From a bacterium (GTDB lineage: Bacteria > UBA8248), in contig OZ253442.1 in NCBI GenBank assembly GCA_965261085.1, forward strand, positions 128,001 through 192,000: DNA of 64,000 nucleotides, read 5' to 3'. Below the pieces are notes generated by a model. It searched no databases. It was not told the origin of the DNA and saw only the letters and a program-made list of their open reading frames with translations. Of this stretch, positions 9,895 to 19,120 are shown in pieces; the first letter of the stretch is position 1, and each line of letters opens with the position of its first letter. A program made the position numbers and the translations under genes.

Positions 9895-10037
9895 CGGCCC
9901 GAAGGCAAGGAGCGAAAACGCCCTTCTCGCCGTTTCGCGTTGTGGATTCGCGCGTCGCGGTTCTTGCCGCGACCGCAACAATCCTTCATCTCTCTCTAAA
10001 TTATTTCAGAACTTTTTAGGTGGAAAGCCGCGGCGGA

Positions 10038-12227
10038 TCACCGAGGCAACTCGATGATCATTTCCGTGAACTCATCAGGCTCGGTTTCCACTCGTATGCT
10101 TCCCCCATGCTGACGAATAATGTCGCTGGATAGGGAAAGGCCGAGCCCGGTGCCCTTGTCCGTCGGCTTGGTCGTGAAGAAGGGGTTGAATATCTTCTCG
10201 ACGACTTCGGGCGGCATACCGCTCCCGTTGTCACGAATGCGGATCTCGATGCCGTCCGGCCTGCACCTGGTGAAGAGGCGAAGGGTGGGGTCGTAACGCG
10301 GCGCATCTTCGGCGGCTGAGGCGGCGTGACTTTTTCGTCTCTCGTCCGTGGCGTAGCTGGCGTTGCTCACCATGTTCAGGAAGACACGGCCCAAATCCTG
10401 TGGAATGACCTCGCACTCCACCATGTCGGGGTCCAAATCCCAATCGATCGTGAGGTTGAAATTCGGGTCGGCCGCCCGGGCGCTGTGATAGGCGAGACGC
10501 GCGTGCTCTTCGAGCAGGGTATTGATATTGGTCGGCTGCGCTTCGCCTGAACCCCGGCCCATCTGGAGCATGCTCTCCACGATGTTGTTGGCCCGTTCCC
10601 CGTGTTCGCGGATGCGCTTGAGGTTGCCGGTGAGGTCCTCTCCGATTTCGTTGATGATCTCGATCGGATCTTCCTCGTCCTTTTTTTTCTCCTCCTTATC
10701 CGTTTCTTGCCCATTTTCCTGTCCGTTGCCGCCGAGTTGCGCCACCTTCTCCAACTCTTCCAACAATTCCTCCATCAGCTCCTCGGAGACTTCCGAGAAG
10801 TTCTTGATGAAGTTCAGCGGATTCCTGATCTCGTGGGCCACGCCCGCCGTCAACTCACCGAGCGCCGCGAGTTTCTCGCGCATGACGATCTGATCCTGCG
10901 CCTTCTCCAGATCGCCCAGCGCGCTTTCGAGTTCCTCATTCTTGCCCTTGATCTCCTCGGCCAGCTTCTCCACCAGGTTCAGGCGCTGCACCTCCAGGGC
11001 GTGGCGGCGGAAGATTTCGAGCGCCGCGGCCATTTCCGCGACTTCGTCCTGCCCGCCGATGTCGACCTTCTCCTCCAGATCGCCGTCGGCCATTCGGCGC
11101 ATGCGGTCCGAGAGCCGCCCCAGCCGGCGCGACAGCACCCGGCCGATGAACAGCCAGCCGATCAGTACGGCGCCGATGAAGCTGATTGCGCTCAGCGCGA
11201 GCAGGATGTTGCCGCCCGTGCTGACGGCTTGGGCGGAATCCTGGGTGGCCTGCCGCGCGCTCTTGCGGGCCGTGCTCACCAGCGTTTCGGTGGCGGCCAG
11301 GATTTTCGCTTCCAGAGATTCGTGAAACGCGAGCAACTCACTCTGTTTCCTCTCGAGCTCCAGTTCACCCGCGCGCAGGTTGAAGCCCCCATCCTCCCCG
11401 ATGCTCAGTTCGATCATCTGCTCGAAGAGAGGCTCGAGAGCGGTGCGCACCGGAACCTCCCCGAGCGCGGCAAGACGCCGCCTGATGCCGCGCACCGTGG
11501 CCTCGAAACGCTCGCTCAGCGGTTCGAGCAGGGCGGCGTCCGATACGCTGAAGGCGGTGGCGAAAAGCTGCGTCGCGATGGTGGCGTCCGACCTTAAACC
11601 GGCGATGTAACGGTAGAGGTTGATTCCCTCTTCGGAGAAGTGTTTCTCGCGGGGGACGGCAGCCTCGTCGATTTTGCGATAGCCCGTTATCGCGTAGAAC
11701 AACTGATCGTCGATGGCGGGAACCATGACGTTGTTCAGCTCCTTGCGCACCCATGTGAGCTGGAGTTGCAGCGTATCGCGCTGATCGGTGAGGTCGAAGC
11801 GCTGCAACACCAATTGTTTGATGGCTCTGAGGTTCTCGATTAGCACGTCGCCGAGCTTCTTGATGCGCAGGGAGATTTCCTCGTTTACTCCCTGTCGTAT
11901 CAGCGCCGCCAGCGCAGTCTCGAACGCCTCCTGGTCATTGGCGACTTCGGTGGCGATCTGGTCCAGATTGTCGGGATTCACGACTGCGGCCAGGCGCGGC
12001 GCGGCGGCCACCAGGGCGCTGCTTTTCTGGGCGGTCTCGAAGGCGCTCGCCAGGAACGGAACGGTGCCCTCGTTCACGCGGTTCTGCACCTCTCCCACGA
12101 AAGCGAACGAGACCCATGCGACCACGCTCGCTATGACGGTGAGAGAGGCGGCGGCGCCGATGCTGAGGTAGAGTTGCATCGATATCTTGTAACGCTTGTC
12201 CAGGAGGTTTTTCAGCGCGCCTTTCAT
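10038..12227 (-). CDS. Membrane sensor histidine kinase (large helical periplasmic domain, TorS-like; HAMP; HisKA; HATPase)
   Basis: Two TM helices flanking about 300 aa, HAMP (DEVAEMA), GVAHEIRNPLNF, IRDNGSG and FFTTKPTDKGTGLGLS; start overlaps the upstream stop. Confidence 0.92.
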   Translation of the reverse strand: MKGALKNLLDKRYKISMQLYLSIGAAASLTVIASVVAWVSFAFVGEVQNRVNEGTVPFLASAFETAQKSSALVAAAPRLAAVVNPDNLDQIATEVANDQEAFETALAALIRQGVNEEISLRIKKLGDVLIENLRAIKQLVLQRFDLTDQRDTLQLQLTWVRKELNNVMVPAIDDQLFYAITGYRKIDEAAVPREKHFSEEGINLYRYIAGLRSDATIATQLFATAFSVSDAALLEPLSERFEATVRGIRRRLAALGEVPVRTALEPLFEQMIELSIGEDGGFNLRAGELELERKQSELLAFHESLEAKILAATETLVSTARKSARQATQDSAQAVSTGGNILLALSAISFIGAVLIGWLFIGRVLSRRLGRLSDRMRRMADGDLEEKVDIGGQDEVAEMAAALEIFRRHALEVQRLNLVEKLAEEIKGKNEELESALGDLEKAQDQIVMREKLAALGELTAGVAHEIRNPLNFIKNFSEVSEELMEELLEELEKVAQLGGNGQENGQETDKEEKKKDEEDPIEIINEIGEDLTGNLKRIREHGERANNIVESMLQMGRGSGEAQPTNINTLLEEHARLAYHSARAADPNFNLTIDWDLDPDMVECEVIPQDLGRVFLNMVSNASYATDERRKSHAASAAEDAPRYDPTLRLFTRCRPDGIEIRIRDNGSGMPPEVVEKIFNPFFTTKPTDKGTGLGLSLSSDIIRQHGGSIRVETEPDEFTEMIIELPR

Positions 12228-13411
12228 CACTTCTCCGGTCGCCGGATTTTTTCGGTCGGAATGTAACGGCCGCCCTCTCCGATGACGGTGAGGAAAACGG
12301 CGTCCGAGCCCTGGTTGTCGTCCTTGCCGTAGCGGAGCTTGAATCCGCCGAGGTCGATGTTGGCCGCACGGCGCAGACCCTTGAGAAGACAGTCGCGATC
12401 GGGCTTGCGCCCGCACAACTCAAGAGCACGAATGGCCAGTCTGCCGGCCATGTAGCCCTCGAAGGAAACGAAGCTGGGAGCCGCACCGGGCTTGTGGGCT
12501 TCCAGATCCCGGCGGTAGTCCGCCGCGATCTGGAGGTTCTCCGTCGTCGGGAATGGAACCACCTGGGTGACGTAGATACCAATGCCGGCGGGGCCGAGTT
12601 CACGCACGAGCGCATTGCTGCCCACGAAGGAGATCGTCACGAAAACCGGATTGAAATTCATATGGCGCGCCCAGGCGATGAAGGAAGCGACCGGCTTGTA
12701 GGCTCCCACGAGGACCACCGCCCCGGGGTTCGCGCGCCTGATGTCGAGCAGAGCCGTTTTGACCGCCGTCGTATTTCGTGGATAGACTCCGGTGACCGCC
12801 GGTTTGAGTTTGCGCCGCGCGAGGGCGCGACGAACGCCCCGGTAGCCCGCCAGACCAAAAGAATCGTCCTGATAGAGAACGGCTATCTTCTTGATGCCCA
12901 GGTCATTGATCAGCCGGTTCACCATCTCCTCGGTTTCCTGGAAGTAGGAAGCGCGCAGGTTGATGATGTTCTTCCACTTCGGATCGCGAAGGAAGGCGGC
13001 GCCGGTGAAGGGCGCGATATAGGGGACGCCCGCCTTCGCGGCGACCGGGGTGGCCGAGCGCGAGGTGGGCGTGCCGACGGCCCCGATGAGGGCGAAGACC
13101 TTGCTCTGTTCTATCAACCGGCGGGTGTTCAGGATGGCGGCTTCAGGCTCATACGCATCGTCGAGGGAGGTGATTTCGAGCCGGCGCCCGTGAATGCCGC
13201 CACGCACGTTCGCCGCGCGAAAGGCGGCTTCGATGCCGAGGCGCATCTCCTCGCCCAGAGCCCTCGCGGGTCCGGTGAAGGCGGCGGACTGGCCGAAAAG
13301 AATCCGCTGGGGGGAAACCCCGGGCACGGCCGCGTGCGCCCCCGGCGCCGAACAGATAATCACTCCGGCAAGAAGGGAAAGCGCCCGGCGGATTCGGAGC
13401 GGGAGCCTCAT
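12227..13411 (-). CDS. Periplasmic ligand-binding protein (Leu/Ile/Val-type) with no adjacent transporter
   Basis: Signal peptide, ILFGQSAAFTGP, LDDAYEP, LIGAVGTPT, NLRASY..E and YQDDSFG. Confidence 0.88.
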   Translation of the reverse strand: MRLPLRIRRALSLLAGVIICSAPGAHAAVPGVSPQRILFGQSAAFTGPARALGEEMRLGIEAAFRAANVRGGIHGRRLEITSLDDAYEPEAAILNTRRLIEQSKVFALIGAVGTPTSRSATPVAAKAGVPYIAPFTGAAFLRDPKWKNIINLRASYFQETEEMVNRLINDLGIKKIAVLYQDDSFGLAGYRGVRRALARRKLKPAVTGVYPRNTTAVKTALLDIRRANPGAVVLVGAYKPVASFIAWARHMNFNPVFVTISFVGSNALVRELGPAGIGIYVTQVVPFPTTENLQIAADYRRDLEAHKPGAAPSFVSFEGYMAGRLAIRALELCGRKPDRDCLLKGLRRAANIDLGGFKLRYGKDDNQGSDAVFLTVIGEGGRYIPTEKIRRPEK

Positions 13412-13827
13412 TCACTCCTCCGCTTGACAAGGCGCATATGGTTCTTGTTCTCCTCCCGTCGATAGGACACCTCGTCCATCATCGTCCGCACCAGATGGAT
13501 GCCGAGCCCGCCCACGGCGCGGTCTTCGATGCTCGATTCGGTATCCGGTTCGGGCGCGTCGGTGAGAGGGTCGAACGGCCGGCCGTCGTCGATGATCTGG
13601 ATGCTCACCGCTTTCTCGTCCGAGACGAGTTCGATTTTGATTTCACCCTCTCCGCCGCCGCTGCCGTGGTTCACGACGTTGAGGACTAATTCTTCGAGCA
13701 CGAGGTCGACCTGGAATTCGATGTCGGGCGGCCAATCCTGCTCCCGGCTGAATTCCCCGATGGCGGCTTGAATGCGTGGGAGGTCGGCGACTTCAAACCC
13801 CATTTTCAAGGAAAGTTTCGCGCTCAT
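13408..13827 (-). CDS. Anti-sigma factor Ser/Thr kinase (RsbW-like HATPase)
   Basis: EELVLNVVNHG (N box), DDGRPFDP, GGLGIHLV. Confidence 0.92.
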   Translation of the reverse strand: MSAKLSLKMGFEVADLPRIQAAIGEFSREQDWPPDIEFQVDLVLEELVLNVVNHGSGGGEGEIKIELVSDEKAVSIQIIDDGRPFDPLTDAPEPDTESSIEDRAVGGLGIHLVRTMMDEVSYRREENKNHMRLVKRRSE

Positions 13828-15041
13828 TCACTCCCTCCGCGGCGATAAAGGGTCAGGCAGGTAATATCATCGAATTGGGGTGCTCTGCCCGCGAAATCCT
13901 TCACCGACTCGAAAACCTTCGTGTTGATCTCCTTGGCGGAGGTCGGCGGCGAACCCCCGAGAATCCCCCGGAGGCGATCGAGACCGAACTGCTCGGTCTT
14001 CTCGTTCTCGGCCTCCGTCACGCCGTCGGTGTAGAGCACGAGGGCGTCACCTCTCGCGAGAGTCGCATTGTACATGTCGTAGTCGAATTCAGGCGCGATC
14101 CCCAGAGCGACCCCCGGAGCCTGGGCAAGCAGACTCGAGGAGCCGTCGGCATGGAGGATGACCGGGGGATTGTGCCCGCCGTTGGCGTAAACGAGTTCCC
14201 CGGTTGTGGAGTCGAAAATGGCGAAGAAGACGGTGACGAACATCACGGCGTCGTTGTTCTCCTGAAGGAGGCGGTTCACCTCGCTCAGCACGTCACCGGG
14301 CCGGAGCAGACGATTCACCTCGCCGAGCACGTCGCCCGGATTGGCGCGCGCGACGGCGACGCTGTTGAGCAGCGTGCGGCTCGACATCATGAAAAGGGCG
14401 GCGGCCACCCCCTTGCCCGAAACGTCGGCGACCATGATTCCGATGCGGTCGTCGGCCAAATTGATGACGTCGAAGAAATCACCCCCCACGTCACGGGCGG
14501 GTTCCATACCCCCGAATATCTCGTAGTGAGGGCTTTCGGGAAATTGGGTCGGCAGGATCGATTGCTGCATCCTGCTGGCCAGGTCGAGATCGCTCCTGAG
14601 CGCGACCAGCTTGTCGCGCGCATCAAGGGCCTCGCGCAGCATGGCGAGGTGCTCCAGTGTCCGCTCTATGGTGATCCGCAAATCCTCGAAGTCGATCGGC
14701 TTGGTGACGAAGTCGAATGCGCCCCTGTTCATCGCCGTGCGGATGTTCTTCATGTCCCCGTAGGCCGAGACGACCACGGAGCGCACATTGGGGTCGACCG
14801 AGGGGATTTGCTTGAGCAGCGTGAGGCCGTCCATCTCCGGCATGTTGATGTCGGTGAGCACCATGTCGATAGGCTCGCCGCCGCCGTTATCGTTGAGGCG
14901 CTCGAGCGCCTCGACCCCGTTGCGCGCGAAGACGAACGAATAGCGGCCCCGCCGAATCTCGCGCCGCATGCGCTGGAGCACGAGTTGTTCGAGATCGGGC
15001 TCGTCGTCCACCACGAGTATCCTGTGGGGCTCTTCCATCAC
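13824..15041 (-). CDS. Receiver domain plus SpoIIE/PP2C phosphatase (RsbU-like)
   Basis: REC (VVDDE, DINMP, TKP), then VGGDFFD, ADVSGKG, NGGHNPP, YTDGVTEA and DDIT. Confidence 0.93.
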   Translation of the reverse strand: MMEEPHRILVVDDEPDLEQLVLQRMRREIRRGRYSFVFARNGVEALERLNDNGGGEPIDMVLTDINMPEMDGLTLLKQIPSVDPNVRSVVVSAYGDMKNIRTAMNRGAFDFVTKPIDFEDLRITIERTLEHLAMLREALDARDKLVALRSDLDLASRMQQSILPTQFPESPHYEIFGGMEPARDVGGDFFDVINLADDRIGIMVADVSGKGVAAALFMMSSRTLLNSVAVARANPGDVLGEVNRLLRPGDVLSEVNRLLQENNDAVMFVTVFFAIFDSTTGELVYANGGHNPPVILHADGSSSLLAQAPGVALGIAPEFDYDMYNATLARGDALVLYTDGVTEAENEKTEQFGLDRLRGILGGSPPTSAKEINTKVFESVKDFAGRAPQFDDITCLTLYRRGGSE

Positions 15042-15478
15042 GGCCTCCCTTCAGCCAGCATCTTGTCACGCGCCTCGAACGCCTCCCGCATATTAGCGAG
15101 ATGCTTCACGGACTTGTCGATGGTCAACCGCAGATCCTCGAAATCGATCGGTTTGTTGAGAAAATCGAACGCGCCCCGGTTCATCGCCGTGCGGATGTTC
15201 TTCATGTCCCCATAGGCGGAGACGATCACGCAGCGGACCTTGGGGTCGTAAGCCGGGATTTGTTCGAGCAGCGTGAGGCCGTCCATCTCCGGCATGTTGA
15301 TGTCCGTAATGACGATGTCGATTTCACCGTCCTCTTTCAGGCGTTCGAGCGCCTCGACCCCGTTGCGCGCGAAGACGAACGAATAGCGTCCGCTGCGAAT
15401 CTCGCTCCGCATGCGCTGCTTCAAGAGGTCTTCCAGGTCGGGTTCGTCGTCGACTACGAGTATCTTGTGCGAATCCAT
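15038..15478 (-). CDS. Single-domain response regulator
   Basis: ILVVDDE, TDINMPEMDG, NKP; nearly identical to the REC domain of the next gene. Confidence 0.9.
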   Translation of the reverse strand: MDSHKILVVDDEPDLEDLLKQRMRSEIRSGRYSFVFARNGVEALERLKEDGEIDIVITDINMPEMDGLTLLEQIPAYDPKVRCVIVSAYGDMKNIRTAMNRGAFDFLNKPIDFEDLRLTIDKSVKHLANMREAFEARDKMLAEGRP

Positions 15479-15909
15479 CGTCCTGGTCTCCCCAACTCTC
15501 AGACTTTGCCCGACCAACGCTCAAACATTTTCGAACGCCCGCTCAATGTATATAAGACTCGCGCGTCGCGCAACTCATTTCTCACTCCGCCTCGTGTCCG
15601 AACGAGGCTGCGCGGCGGCCCGCAACCCCCTGAAACCAGGGCTTCACCGGCGCTCGCTCCCGGCTCGACACCGCTCGACCGGCGGATTTCATCCATCCCG
15701 ATTTCTCCTCCCGCGAGTGTTCCGACCTCCCGATCCCGTGAACCGATTCTGCGCCGAATGGAGATGAAGCCGTGAAAATTTCATCCGCCGCCGGTTGTTC
15801 CGGCCCTCTCGTTTGCGTATCTTGGAGTAGCCATCCGCCAGGATGGCGTGCGCCGCCGACAGCACTTGAAGAGAAAGGCCCTGCCTTGTCCCGCAAACAA
15901 TCAAGAAAA

Positions 15910-16473
15910 ATGAAAAATCCCGGTCCCACAGGGCGCGGCGCTTCGCGTCCGGCGGCGGCCATAGGTTCAAAGAACAACAGCACGGCCCCGCTCGTCTGGG
16001 CGAGCGTCATCGTCGCGGTCGTCTTCGGCATCTATTACTTATCGGGCGCATCCGCGAACAAGGCGCGCGACGCGCCCTCCCTCGGCAACCGCCACATCCG
16101 CGTCGGCACGAGCCCCGCCATCTCCTATAATACGGACCCTCCCACCTCGGGGCCCCATTATCCGACCATCGTCCGCTGGGGCGTGCACCAAAGGCCCATC
16201 GACAAGGGCTTCCAGGTGCATAACCTCGAAGACGGCGGCGTGCTCGTTCAGTATAACTGCGGCGATTGTCCCGAACTCGTGAAAAAACTCAGAAATCTGG
16301 TGCTCGGCTACCCGAAGTTCGTCATCCTCGCCCCCTACCCGTCCATGAAACACAGAATCGCGCTCACCGCCTGGGGCAAAATAGATACGCTGGACGCTTT
16401 TGATGAAAAGCGCATCACCTCCTTCATAAACGACTTTCGCGGCATCGACCACCATGTGCGGGGAAGCAGATAA
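15910..16473 (+). CDS. DUF3105-type membrane-anchored protein
   Basis: N-terminal TM helix; YNTDPPTSGPHY, VHNLEDGGV.VQY and IALTAWG; start could be TTG 15886. Confidence 0.8.
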   Translation: MKNPGPTGRGASRPAAAIGSKNNSTAPLVWASVIVAVVFGIYYLSGASANKARDAPSLGNRHIRVGTSPAISYNTDPPTSGPHYPTIVRWGVHQRPIDKGFQVHNLEDGGVLVQYNCGDCPELVKKLRNLVLGYPKFVILAPYPSMKHRIALTAWGKIDTLDAFDEKRITSFINDFRGIDHHVRGSR

Positions 16474-16479
16474 GGCTTC

Positions 16480-18252
16480 TCAACTCCCCCCGCCGCGCGC
16501 CGCGCCTGCGGCTTCCACGCGAACCGTCACGATGTCCGTATCGTGGTATTGCTGGTGGCGAACCGAGGAGGCGAGGTGGCGCAGCAGTCTGAGCGAGACT
16601 TCTCTCTCGATCGGCGCGGCTGCCGTCTGCTCGCCGAGCAGCGCGATTTTATCCTGGAGATTCTCCTCACCGCCCGCGGCGACGAACTCCAACACCGCGC
16701 CGCCGTCTTCTTTGTGGGCCACCACGAGCAGACGCCGCCGCTCGCGACCCTCGTCGGCTTCCTCCTGGCGCAGAAGCGTCAGCAGCGTCTCCTCACCCGC
16801 GGCGTCCAGGCGATGCGCCATCGCCGCATCCCAGCCACCGGCCGAGGCGAACTCGCCGAGAAACTCCCTTATCTTCGGTAAGGCCGAGAGGTCGAACGCC
16901 ACTTCGAGCCTGCTGCGCCGCGGTTCGGTGAGCTCGACGAACAGGGTCATGATCATGGCGACGAGGCCGCCGGCGGTCATTCCGTTACCCAGCAGGCCGC
17001 CCGCGAACGTGGAGAAATACTCAGGGTAAATCACTCCGTTCTGAAAGCCGACGCCCGCCCAGAACGCGACGCCCGCGACCAGCCCCTTGCGGTAGTCGAC
17101 TCCGTCCTGAACGATCATCCGCATGCCGACCACGAAGAGCATCGCCAGCAATACGGTGATGTAGGCCGCGGCGACCGGACCCGGTATCGCGAGCACCACG
17201 GCGACGAGCTTGGGAAGAAACGCCAGGGAGAGGAACACCAGCCCGGCGGCGACTCCGACGCTGCGCGCGCCGACGCCGGTGAGTTCGGTGACGGACACGC
17301 TCGTCGAATAGGTCGTGTTCGGCACCGTCGCCAAAAGGCCGGAGAGCAGGTTGCCCACCCCGTCGGCGGCCACCGCGCCCTGCACCGCCTTAAAATCCAC
17401 CGCCCGGGGCCGCCGCCAGGACACGCGCTGGATGGCGGCGGCGTCGCCCACGGTTTCGATGGCGCCGATCAGGGTCACGAACACGAACCCGGGAAGAAGC
17501 GCCCAGAAAACCGGCCCGAAGCTCAGATCCAGGCCCGGCCACGCGCCGTGGGGAAGGCCGATCCACGAGGCCCCGGCGACGCGGGCCGTATCGTAGATGC
17601 CGAAATAGCCTCCGATGAGCGAGCCCGCGACCACGCCGACCACCGGCGCCCACAGGCGCAGCGCCCCCGTCGCCTTGAGCGCGATGCCGACGATGACGGC
17701 CACTGTCGCCAGAGCGCTCAACGGGGCGGCGAGCGGCGGGCTGTCCTTCGGCACGTCCTTGAGCATGCCGAAGACTATCGGCATCACCGTCACCGCTATC
17801 AGCATGATGACGGTCCCCGCGACCGTCGGCGTCAGCACCCTCCTGAACAGGGAGAGGCGTTCTGAGAGCACGAACTGAAACAGCGAGGAGGCGAGAACCA
17901 GCGTGGCGAGCATCGCAGGTCCTCCCTGGGCGAGCGCCGCGATGCATACCGCGATGAAGGCGCCCGAGGTGCCCATGATGAGCACGTAGCCCGCGCCGAA
18001 ACGGCCGATGCGCACCGCCTGGAGCACCGTAGTCGCGCCGCAGACCGCCACCGCGGCGAACACGGCCCACGAGAGATAGGCCTCGGTTCCGCCGGCGGCC
18101 CGCACCACGATCGCAGGCGTGAAAACGATACCGCCCACGCAGAGGATGGCGAGTTGCAAACCCAGACCGAACGCGAGAAAGAACGGCGGTTTTTCGTCGG
18201 CTTCGTAGCGTACGCCGGTGTTCACGTGCTGGCCGGAATCCCTGGCGCTCAT
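16480..18252 (-). CDS. NCS2 (xanthine/uracil permease) family transporter fused to a C-terminal degenerate RsbW-like domain
   Basis: FGLGLQ, MGTSGAF, PTVAGTVIMLI, ETVGD, ADGVGNL, PNTTYSTS and FLPK..A....IP.PV; the last approx. 145 aa are soluble and align with the RsbW-like protein in this window. Confidence 0.85.
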   Translation of the reverse strand: MSARDSGQHVNTGVRYEADEKPPFFLAFGLGLQLAILCVGGIVFTPAIVVRAAGGTEAYLSWAVFAAVAVCGATTVLQAVRIGRFGAGYVLIMGTSGAFIAVCIAALAQGGPAMLATLVLASSLFQFVLSERLSLFRRVLTPTVAGTVIMLIAVTVMPIVFGMLKDVPKDSPPLAAPLSALATVAVIVGIALKATGALRLWAPVVGVVAGSLIGGYFGIYDTARVAGASWIGLPHGAWPGLDLSFGPVFWALLPGFVFVTLIGAIETVGDAAAIQRVSWRRPRAVDFKAVQGAVAADGVGNLLSGLLATVPNTTYSTSVSVTELTGVGARSVGVAAGLVFLSLAFLPKLVAVVLAIPGPVAAAYITVLLAMLFVVGMRMIVQDGVDYRKGLVAGVAFWAGVGFQNGVIYPEYFSTFAGGLLGNGMTAGGLVAMIMTLFVELTEPRRSRLEVAFDLSALPKIREFLGEFASAGGWDAAMAHRLDAAGEETLLTLLRQEEADEGRERRRLLVVAHKEDGGAVLEFVAAGGEENLQDKIALLGEQTAAAPIEREVSLRLLRHLASSVRHQQYHDTDIVTVRVEAAGAARGGGS

Positions 18253-18457
18253 CTCGCATCCTTCCCGGCTGGAAAGCGGGTCTTCGGTGGAGCGGAAACC
18301 TGCGTTCGATGTGGTCGCAACCGAACCGGATTTTCTCACACCTCTTTTTGTCCCTCAAGAAAAAAGGCCTGCGAAGGACATCGATGGGCGAATGTTCAGG
18401 GTTTGAGGCGAAAATCGCATTTTTTGCGTATTTTTTTGGCGGGCAATTACAATTTTG

Positions 18458-18485
18458 TTGACGAAACGAACACGCCATATATACT
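18458..18485 (+). promoter_or_regulatory. Sigma70-type promoter upstream of the RiPP precursor
   Basis: TTGACG-N16-TATACT, with AT-rich sequence upstream. Confidence 0.5.
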
Positions 18486-18637
18486 TTTCGGGTAACGTCT
18501 TCTTATTTTGCCTGGACATAAGGGCGGCAAAGCAACCACTCTCTCCCGGACACGGCGGCTATGGAGCCCCGGCGGGAGAAAGTGAGGAAGCACTGCCCGC
18601 TTTTGGAGCAGGCTTATCATCTGGAGAACTCGAAACA

Positions 18638-18925
18638 GTGAAAACCGTAGAGGAAGTGCGCGAGGAAATTATCAGAAAGGCGAGCGAGAACGAGGCGTTC
18701 CGCTCCGAATTGCTGGCCGACCCCAAGGCCGCCATTGAACGGGAATTGGGGGTCACCATTCCCGATGGGTTCAAGATCGGCGTGCACGAAGACAACATCA
18801 TGAGCTTTCACCTGGTGTTGCCGCCGGCCGAGTTGAGCGAGGCGGACCTGAGCGCCGTCGTGGCCGGAACGCAGACGATGCAAGACTTCGCCAACGCCTG
18901 GAACAACTTGAACCAGAACTCCTGA
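18638..18925 (+). CDS. NHLP (nitrile hydratase-like leader peptide) family RiPP precursor
   Basis: GTG start after GGAG; IIRKASENEAFRSELLADPKAAIE..LG..IP, HLVLPP, ELSEADLSAVVAG (double-Gly-type site); predicted core TQTMQDFANAWNNLNQNS. Confidence 0.88.
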   Translation: MKTVEEVREEIIRKASENEAFRSELLADPKAAIERELGVTIPDGFKIGVHEDNIMSFHLVLPPAELSEADLSAVVAGTQTMQDFANAWNNLNQNS

Positions 18926-19120
18926 TACGATATACCGAAAGAGTTCCATAATCTGATCGACAGGTTTGCCGAAAAACCCTGAGAGGGGATTGGTTCGGGA
19001 TGCCGCTTTGTGGGTTTGAACGGCTCTGCGGTCCACTTCGTTGAAGGGAGACCGAAGAGCCGAACTTGCTCATCGTCGTCTTGACCCCAATGTACGTATC
19101 CCGCTCAGAAACAGGATTCG

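Noticed and set aside
13776-15215. 479-aa plus-strand ORF
   Set aside because: Shadow of the REC-PP2C and REC genes
18575-18600. AGGAAGCA resembling the SRP RNA domain IV motif, and GGCAAA resembling the c-di-GMP-I riboswitch
   Set aside because: The required CAGG-stem-GNRA loop (SRP) and the GAAA loop/receptor layout (riboswitch) are absent
18455-18637. N-terminal extension of the NHLP ORF given in the track (156 aa)
   Set aside because: It overlaps the predicted promoter and structured leader; NHLP similarity and an RBS begin at GTG 18638
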